IMG/VR virus record: IMGVR_UViG_3300033075_001676
Strand: one strand, 5' to 3'
DNA length: 64,000 bases
Source: an uncultured virus (IMG/VR IMGVR_UViG_3300033075_001676)
Taxonomy: Duplodnaviria; Heunggongvirae; Uroviricota; Caudoviricetes
Shown here: one piece after another, positions 57,008 to 64,000 of the stretch
Layout of the letters: each line of letters begins with the position of its first letter
Numbering within the stretch: position 1 is the stretch's first letter
Program-made: the position numbers and the translations under genes
Notes under the pieces: generated by a model
Told to the model about the DNA's origin: nothing
The model's input: the letters and a program-made list of their open reading frames with translations, nothing else
The model's database searches: none

Positions 57008-57271
57008 ATGAATAATTTTGGATTTGAAGTAGCTTTAAAAAAACTTAAAGAAGGTAAAGCTGTAGCTAGAGAAGCTTGGGGAGATTTTGGAAAACCCGAA
57101 GCTAAATATATTTTATTAATGGGTGAAAGTTATGAACAAACTTTGAATATAACTCTTAGTTCTTTTCTAGCAATTATTTATCCAATAAGATCTAAGTATA
57201 AAGATGGTCTAATTAGTCCTTGGACTCCAACTAGATGTGATTTACTAGAGGAAGATTGGTATGAAATTTAA
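57008..57271 (+). CDS. DUF2829 / Tad2-like protein
   Basis: FEVALKKLKEGKAVAREAW...PWTPTRCDLLEEDW. Confidence 0.8.
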   Translation: MNNFGFEVALKKLKEGKAVAREAWGDFGKPEAKYILLMGESYEQTLNITLSSFLAIIYPIRSKYKDGLISPWTPTRCDLLEEDWYEI

Positions 57272-57893
57272 AATTATTTCTGATCTACATGGACATCTTC
57301 CAATAATTGAAAACTGTGATGCTTTATTAATTGGCGGAGATTTACCTCCAACTTGGATGGTTCATTACCATGGTAAAGTTGCAGAATGGTTGCATAGTGA
57401 TTTTTATCTATGGTTAAAAGAAATTTCTGATAAAGGAATTGAAATATTTTCAGTTGCTGGTAATCATGATTTTCTTTTTCAAGATACTACTATAAAAAAC
57501 TTACCTTGGAACTATTTACAGGATTCTGGAATTGAATGGAATGGATTGAAGATTTGGGGAACTCCTTGGCAACCTACTTTTGGAGGTTGGGCTTTTAATG
57601 CAGATGAACCAGAATTAAAAGAGAAATGGGATTTAATTCCCAATGACACTAATATTTTAATTTGTCATGGGCCACCTTATGGATTAGCAGATAAAATTGG
57701 TTTGAATCATGTTGGTTCACTAAGTTTAAGAAAAAAGGCGGAGAGCTTACCTAATCTAAAACTAATGGTTTGTGGCCATATCCACCATCAAAGAGGTTTG
57801 TATTATACAACTTCTGGAGTTCCAGTTATAAGTGCTTCTTTAGTTAATAGTCAATATAAACCTTGTAATGATCCTATGGAGTTTGAATTATGA
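57261..57893 (+). CDS. Calcineurin-like metallophosphoesterase
   Basis: SDLHG, GGD, AGNHD, HGPP, GHIH. Confidence 0.9.
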   Translation: MKFKIISDLHGHLPIIENCDALLIGGDLPPTWMVHYHGKVAEWLHSDFYLWLKEISDKGIEIFSVAGNHDFLFQDTTIKNLPWNYLQDSGIEWNGLKIWGTPWQPTFGGWAFNADEPELKEKWDLIPNDTNILICHGPPYGLADKIGLNHVGSLSLRKKAESLPNLKLMVCGHIHHQRGLYYTTSGVPVISASLVNSQYKPCNDPMEFEL

Positions 57894-58094
57894 AATGGAA
57901 GATTGAGGCTGAGCCACAACCTGGTGATTTAAGGACTAGAGTAAAATTTGCTTGGTGGCCAACTCAAATTGATGCTATAACTGTACTATGGCTTGAATCT
58001 TATAGTATTCAAGAAGAATGGTACCCAGGTAGTTATTGTTACTCTTTAGGAAGTATATTTGGTCGAGGATGGGGACCAGTTCAAAAGAAGAATA

Positions 58095-59141
58095 ATGAGT
58101 AAATTACCAGTAGTGTCTTTAAATAATAATTCTATTTTAGTTTGTGGAGGGGCAGGGTTTATTGGCTCTCATTTTGTTAAAATAGTTAAAAAGAAGTATC
58201 CTGACTGTTTAGTTGTGGTCTTGGATTCTTTAACTTATGCTGGTAATTTAAGTAACTTACCTGATGATGTTCATGTAATTAATAAACAAATTCAAGATAG
58301 AATCTATCTAACTCAATTGTTTAAAGAAAAAGGTGCCCCAGATTATATTGTAAACTTTGCGGCTGAAACTCATAACGATAGATCAATTACTAATCCTGGA
58401 TCTTTTATTGAGACTAATGTAGAAGGTGTTGGAGTACTTTGTGATCTTGCCAGAGACTTTAATATTAAAAAATTTGTTCATGTAAGTACAGATGAGGTTG
58501 GAGGAAGTTTTGAAAAAGGATCCTTTAAAGAAACTGATCCTTTGAACCCAAAAACACCTTATTCAGCTTCAAAAGCTGGTGGAGAATTGATTGCTTTAGC
58601 ACATCATAATACTTTTAACACCTCTATTTGTATAACCAGAGGTGGCAACACTTATGGTTCAAATCAGTATCCTGAGAAGCTGATTCCTTTCTTTATTACT
58701 AGACTTTTACTAAATAAAACTATCCCAGTTTATGGTACTGGAACTGCTGTAAGAGAATGGATTCATGTTGAGGATCATGTTGAAGGTATCTTGGCAGTTT
58801 TAGAAAAAGGAATCCCCGGAGAGATCTATAACATTGGGGATAACAATGAAAGAACTAATAATGAGATTATAGATATTCTTTTAAAAGAATTAAAGAAAGA
58901 CACATCTCTTATTAAGAATGTTGAAGATCCAAGAAAGAAGGCTCATGATCAAAGATATTCTTTAGATATATCTAAGATTAAAAAAGAATTGAATTGGGAG
59001 CCTACTAGAGATTTTGAAAAAGAATTGGTGAATACAATTGGATGGTATGTTAATAATCCCCGATGGTGGAAGAACATCCAACAGACTACTGAGTTTCAAG
59101 AATTTTACGATAAATTCTATAAACCATTATTAGGAGAATAA
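58095..59141 (+). CDS. rmlB: dTDP-glucose 4,6-dehydratase
   Basis: GGAGFIG, LTYAGN, FAAETHNDRSI, STDEV, YSASK, PEKLIP; ATG at 58095. Confidence 0.92.
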   Translation: MSKLPVVSLNNNSILVCGGAGFIGSHFVKIVKKKYPDCLVVVLDSLTYAGNLSNLPDDVHVINKQIQDRIYLTQLFKEKGAPDYIVNFAAETHNDRSITNPGSFIETNVEGVGVLCDLARDFNIKKFVHVSTDEVGGSFEKGSFKETDPLNPKTPYSASKAGGELIALAHHNTFNTSICITRGGNTYGSNQYPEKLIPFFITRLLLNKTIPVYGTGTAVREWIHVEDHVEGILAVLEKGIPGEIYNIGDNNERTNNEIIDILLKELKKDTSLIKNVEDPRKKAHDQRYSLDISKIKKELNWEPTRDFEKELVNTIGWYVNNPRWWKNIQQTTEFQEFYDKFYKPLLGE

Positions 59142-59239
59142 AATTAAAATTGTAAAATATCATCATATTTCATATTATGCAAATTATGACTATGATTATG
59201 ATCAGATTGATAAAAGAAGGCATCTTCCAATAATTATAG

Positions 59240-59389
59240 AAGCTTTTAACTTGTAAAGACTGGAGAAATAATAGAAATGGACTTATATGGCAAGATAAGA
59301 ACGGACAATTAATTGTAATAACTGGTAGCAGTTGTGCAAAAAATATTGTAACCCATTGGATGCCAAAGCCGCCCGAGCCAGGAAGTTAA
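59240..59389 (+). pseudogene. Remnant with DUF551-like C-terminus
   Basis: Frame ending VTHWMPKPPEPGS* with no upstream in-frame ATG. Confidence 0.4.
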
Positions 59390-59549
59390 AAATGGTAAAA
59401 ATAACAATAGATGAAGCAGGAAAGATTATTTCCATGGAAGCAGTAGCTTCGGATCAAATTCAATATATCAGTTCAGTAAGACTTAAAGAAGATGGCTCTG
59501 ATGCCCAAAGAGTTGGAGAGGCTTTAATAAAGCTAATAGAAAAAACAAA

Positions 59550-59834
59550 ATGAAGTTTGAAAAAGCTTTGACATATGAGCAGAAAGTTTTTTTACGAAGT
59601 CAATTATATGTTGGTAGAGATGTTTCTAATGACAGGACTATTGAATACCTAAGTTTAGATTGCTTGTCGGTTAAGCTTAAGGAAGATGATAGAATTTTTC
59701 ATTTGGGAGAGATAGATGTTTACTATACATACTGGCCTGAAGGTGAACAATTATCTGATCACGATTGTGTATGTGTGTATGATTGTGGATTTTTTGAAGG
59801 TGAAGAAGATGAACATGTCTTTTGGGGGAGTTAA
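59550..59834 (+). repeat. Gene duplicated at 61721..62002
   Basis: 128 bp identical from the ATG, then mostly synonymous divergence. Confidence 0.92.
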
Positions 59835-59837
59835 ATT

Positions 59838-62499
59838 ATGATTACATTATACACATTGAAATCTGAAGGAAAGTATTATAGGTGGATTCCTCGTTTTCCT
59901 GGATCTGGTGCTTTAACGTGGTGTTTAACAGATGATCCAAAGAAAGCTAAAGTATTTAGAACTATAGGAACAGCTAGAGGTCAACGAACTGTAGTAGTAA
60001 ATATGTGCATAAGAAATAAGATACCAGTTCCAGATATCGATTTAGTAGAATTAGCTACTACAGAGACTATAATCAAATGAAATGTACTTGGATTATTCAA
60101 ACGAATATGTCTGTTAGCCAGACAGAAGAATACACTGCAGCTTGTGAAGAATTAGAATTACCTTATGTACATTTCGTACAGATTCCATTTACAGATGAAC
60201 TTCCAGAACTAGATATAGAATTTCCTTATGTATTCGTAGGAAGTACTACTGTAGTAGAATTAGCCCGTAAGAAATATCCTTATGGAGTAGTTGAACAGCG
60301 TACACAGAAACAGCTAGAGGCAAAGAAAGCCAGAGCTGAGAAGAAACTGAAAGAGCTAGAAGAAGCTTTAAATAAAACAAAGAAATGATTAAGTTTTTAG
60401 AACCATATTTATGTTTATACTCTGAAGTTCAATTTACACGACTTCTTGATTACTTAAGAGACAATTGGCCACCAGTTGAGTACAAAGGACAGCGAGGAGC
60501 TGAAAGAATACCAGTTATCAATAGTATTTATGTAACAGGAGATGATCATAATAATTGGATTAGTGTATATCAAGCTCAGCAAAAAGTGGTATCAAGATAC
60601 TACTCAAGAATTACTTGGGAGCCCTGGATAGATAAAAAGATTAAGCTTTATATCATTAAGAAATTACTTAATATTAAGTATCAGCTTCAAGAAGAGAAAG
60701 CAAAAGAGAATGAAAAGATCAGAAAGGAGTTTTTAGGAAAATGACAATAGAAGAGTTAGAAGTAATAGATCAAGCTTTAGGTCAACGGTATGTACGAATA
60801 CATGACGTATATTTTTATCTTAAGAGTAATTATTTTCAAGGAGAAATCATTAGCTACCATCTTGTAATGTCTCCTAAGAATGATGGCCTAAATGAGTGTA
60901 ATATAAAACTCTTTGGTTGTTTTTCTACAAAAGAAGAAGGCTTTGAATTTCTAAGAGACATAGAAATGCTTAAGATCAAATACAAATTAGGAAGTTTTTA
61001 GAGAATGACAAATAAAGAAAGATTTTTAGAGAACAGAGATGAGACAGGACGCTATTGTATTTACTCTACGAAGACTGGTATTAAGTATTATATAGAACCA
61101 CTGGAGACGGGAGATAGGATTACTTGGGGTGATCTAGATCCAGCTAGTAAGAATATTACTGGAGGATATGGTATTAAGTATAAAGGATCTGTACGCCCAT
61201 CAGAATCTCTTATTAACGAAGAAGAGTTTCAGAACGTAGTTACTCTTAAGAAAGGTGTATCACCTAACAGTTACGTAGATGAGATTGACGAAATTAGATA
61301 TTTACAAGGTTTTAGACCTAAGGAGAGTATATGAGCTTTAACTTTCCAGTTGGAAAAATAAAAGAATACCCTGAGTGGGAAATTAGCTGGTGTAATACAG
61401 GATGCTATTGTTGGAGCACTAGGGATGAGAGATACATTGAGAAAGAAAGAGACTGGGTCTATGCAGCTTATACTCCTCCTATTATAGACCAGATTAAAAC
61501 AGCAATGGAGGAAGGAGCTAATGATTTATACATTAATGCAATGTATAATCCTGGTTTATTCCCTCACTATAGTAGTGAATTATTTACTTTTACAGAGGAC
61601 TCTATAATTATTGAATCAATTGTTAAATTTGATAATGGAAATACTTCTGGGAAAAGATTTACTATGCCTAAAGATGTATTTTTCAAAGGAGTAGAATTAA
61701 TAGAAGCTTATAGAGAAGAAATGAAGTTTGAAAAAGCTTTGACATATGAGCAGAAAGTTTTTTTACGAAGTCAATTATATGTTGGTAGAGATGTTTCTAA
61801 TGACAGGACTATTGAATACCTAAGTTTAGATTGCTTGTCGGTTAAGCTAAAAGAGGACGATAGAATTTTTCATTTAGGTCGGCTTGACTGTTATTATACA
61901 TATTGGCCCGAAGGTGAGCAGCGATCAGACTATGATTGTGTCTGTGTGAATAATGGTCCATTTGAATCAGAGAGTGATGAACATGTATTTTGGGGAAGTT
62001 AAAATGAAGAAATTATTATTAAGTGTAGGTTTATTATTAAGTCTAGTAACTGCAAGTTTTAGTCAAGATGAATTAGTGACCAGAAAGATTAAGATCAACC
62101 ATGCTGATCCTTATTTAGTATTGCTTTTGATTAGCATGGACTTTTCTGCAAATACCTGGCTGGAGCCAGAGATCAGTACTAGACCTTTTTATAATGGTGG
62201 ATTCACTGGAGGATTTGGAGGTGGAAGCTATGGCGGAAGAAGTAACTGAGGTTGCGGAGAAACCAATCCTAATTCAGGTGTTTGTTTACTCTGATAAAGT
62301 TGAGGTATGTTCTTATCATATTCCTAGTAAAAAGTTTGGAGTTGCTTTAGGTGGTTCTTGCTCTGAAGCGGACCTGGGAAAAGCTGTAAATGCAGTTATT
62401 AGAAAAGTTAAGGGTATTGAAGAAATTGAAGTTACAGGTTCACTTATTCCAGTAACTAAAGTTGTCGAAGAAATTGGAGCTACTTTAAAACCAGAATAA
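59838..62499 (+). CDS. Hypothetical ORFs, including 61331..62002 (fusion containing the duplicated domain) and a signal-peptide protein near 62004..62249
   Basis: ORF track. Confidence 0.6.
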
Positions 62500-63107
62500 T
62501 GTTACCTTACCAAATCTTTCATAATCCTAATTATACTGCTGTAAAGATTAATCCTTTAGCATATGAAATAAAGATTTTTCAAGGGGCTCCTGATAAGAGA
62601 GCTTCTTTCTTTATCAATACAAATTATTTTTGGGAAAATGAACCAATTGGGATTTTTAAAGAGAATAACTTAGTTAAAAGCATTCAAAAACATATCTTTA
62701 GTAGACCTATATTTATGTTAGATGCTCAAAATAAGGCTAGTATTCAAACTATTGCAAAATTAGAAGATTTGTTAGAATATTATCTAGCTAGTCAGGCTGG
62801 ACCTTGGTTGATTGATGATAATAAAATTGTTTATCCTGAATCATTGAGTAGAGGTAATTTTGCATTAGATGTTGCAAGGCTTACTAAACATACTTCAATT
62901 GGGGTTACTGAGCATAATAAGATTATTTTATATTATACTTCTAATAGTAGCCTAAGTAATATGACTTTTAATCTAAGGGATTTAGGTTGTAAGTATGCTA
63001 TGAATTTAGATGGAGGCTCGTCTAGTAGCTTAAAAATAAATGATAAAATATATGGCAATCCTAAACCTAAATTTGGGCTTCAATTTATAGAAAATAAAAA
63101 GAAATGA
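62499..63107 (+). CDS. Phosphodiester glycosidase (NAGPA/DUF2233) family
   Basis: INTNYF, AGPWLI, AMNLDGGSSS. Confidence 0.82.
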   Translation: MLPYQIFHNPNYTAVKINPLAYEIKIFQGAPDKRASFFINTNYFWENEPIGIFKENNLVKSIQKHIFSRPIFMLDAQNKASIQTIAKLEDLLEYYLASQAGPWLIDDNKIVYPESLSRGNFALDVARLTKHTSIGVTEHNKIILYYTSNSSLSNMTFNLRDLGCKYAMNLDGGSSSSLKINDKIYGNPKPKFGLQFIENKKK

Positions 63108-64000
63108 GTAAAGAGGAATGGGAAAGTAAATTAGCTAAATTAAAAGTTGTAGGTAAAGCTGAGCTTAAAAGACAGGATGAATTAAAGAACCACATAGCAG
63201 AATGCGAACACTGGGAGACTTACCGAGAAGGAATTGAAGACGACTACGGTTCCTGGACACGTAGCTATTATGTTACCTGTAAGATATGTGGAAAAAGAAT
63301 AGAATATATAGCGAGTAAAAATTATTAATGTTAGAAACAAGTTTTATTGAAAGAACAATGTGTGAGGTAATTGAGACTGAACCTTTGATTATGTTTTATG
63401 ATTATGTAAAACAAGGTAGATTGAAAGTAGGCCAAACTATTATGTTGGCTGAAATTGAAGAAGGTGGATCACCTAGAAATATTCAAATGATTACAGTAGG
63501 TAATTGTACACCTAACACAATGCCAGATGATTTGCCTGAACTAGGTTGGAAGTTTTGGGACCCTATTATGAATTTATTTGTTATAGAAGTAAGTGCATTT
63601 GATCGCACAATGTTTTAAAATGAATGCGGAGCAAGAAAGAGATTATTTAACTAATCCAGACCATTGTCCCTGGTGTAATAGTAAAAATATAGTAGCAGAA
63701 TCTTGTGAAACCTATGGTGATAGACAAACAGTCTTTTGTGAAGATTGTTCTAAAAAGTGGATGGATATCTATGAAACTATTGTTCTAGCTATACAGGAAA
63801 TTGAATGAGAAAAATAACTGGTTGGACTCTTGTTTATGAAGATACATTCTTAGCCAATGAAAAAAAACCTTTTATCCGAAAAGGTGGGGCTAAGCATGTA
63901 GAGAGTCCATGTATTTGGCTTGATAAACAGAAAGCAAATGATTCTGCGGCCAAATTGAATGCTCTGTTTCTAAAAAATCATACAGTTTATGGAGATATAA
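63104..64000 (+). CDS. Small hypothetical ORFs, including zinc-ribbon 63593..63808
   Basis: CPWC...CEDC; ORF track. Confidence 0.55.

Noticed and set aside
59550..62002. Diversity-generating retroelement TR/VR pair
   Set aside because: Differences are mostly synonymous and not adenine-specific; no reverse transcriptase in the window
1..64000. Window-wide TAG or TGA reassignment
   Set aside because: Core genes are intact under code 11 and TGA is a frequent coupled stop (ATGA); only isolated in-frame stops were seen

Overview
AT-rich, gene-dense segment of a large lytic bacteriophage genome with essentially all genes on the + strand. Replication, recombination and metabolism genes include PolA with two tandem inteins, DnaB-like helicase, primase, SF2 helicase, split Rad50 plus Mre11, UDG, ThyX, IMPDH/GMPR, PduO, RmlB, a MoxR-VWA pair, a Clp-type AAA-M41 protease with ClpS, an ECF sigma factor and a Tad2-like protein. 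These are interleaved with many tandem arrays of small aromatic-rich paralogous ORFs. Main findings, all from motif reading by eye: (1) a hidden minimal two-barrel RNA polymerase, with a beta'-like gene whose catalytic DxDGD motif is split by a group I intron and a 455-aa beta-like gene downstream; (2) an amber-suppressor tRNA(CUA) about 1.2 kb upstream of a gene with an in-frame TAG at codon 3; (3) several tRNA-like RNAs with abnormal anticodon arms; (4) two long, highly structured non-coding regions; (5) a free-standing intein-derived endonuclease.
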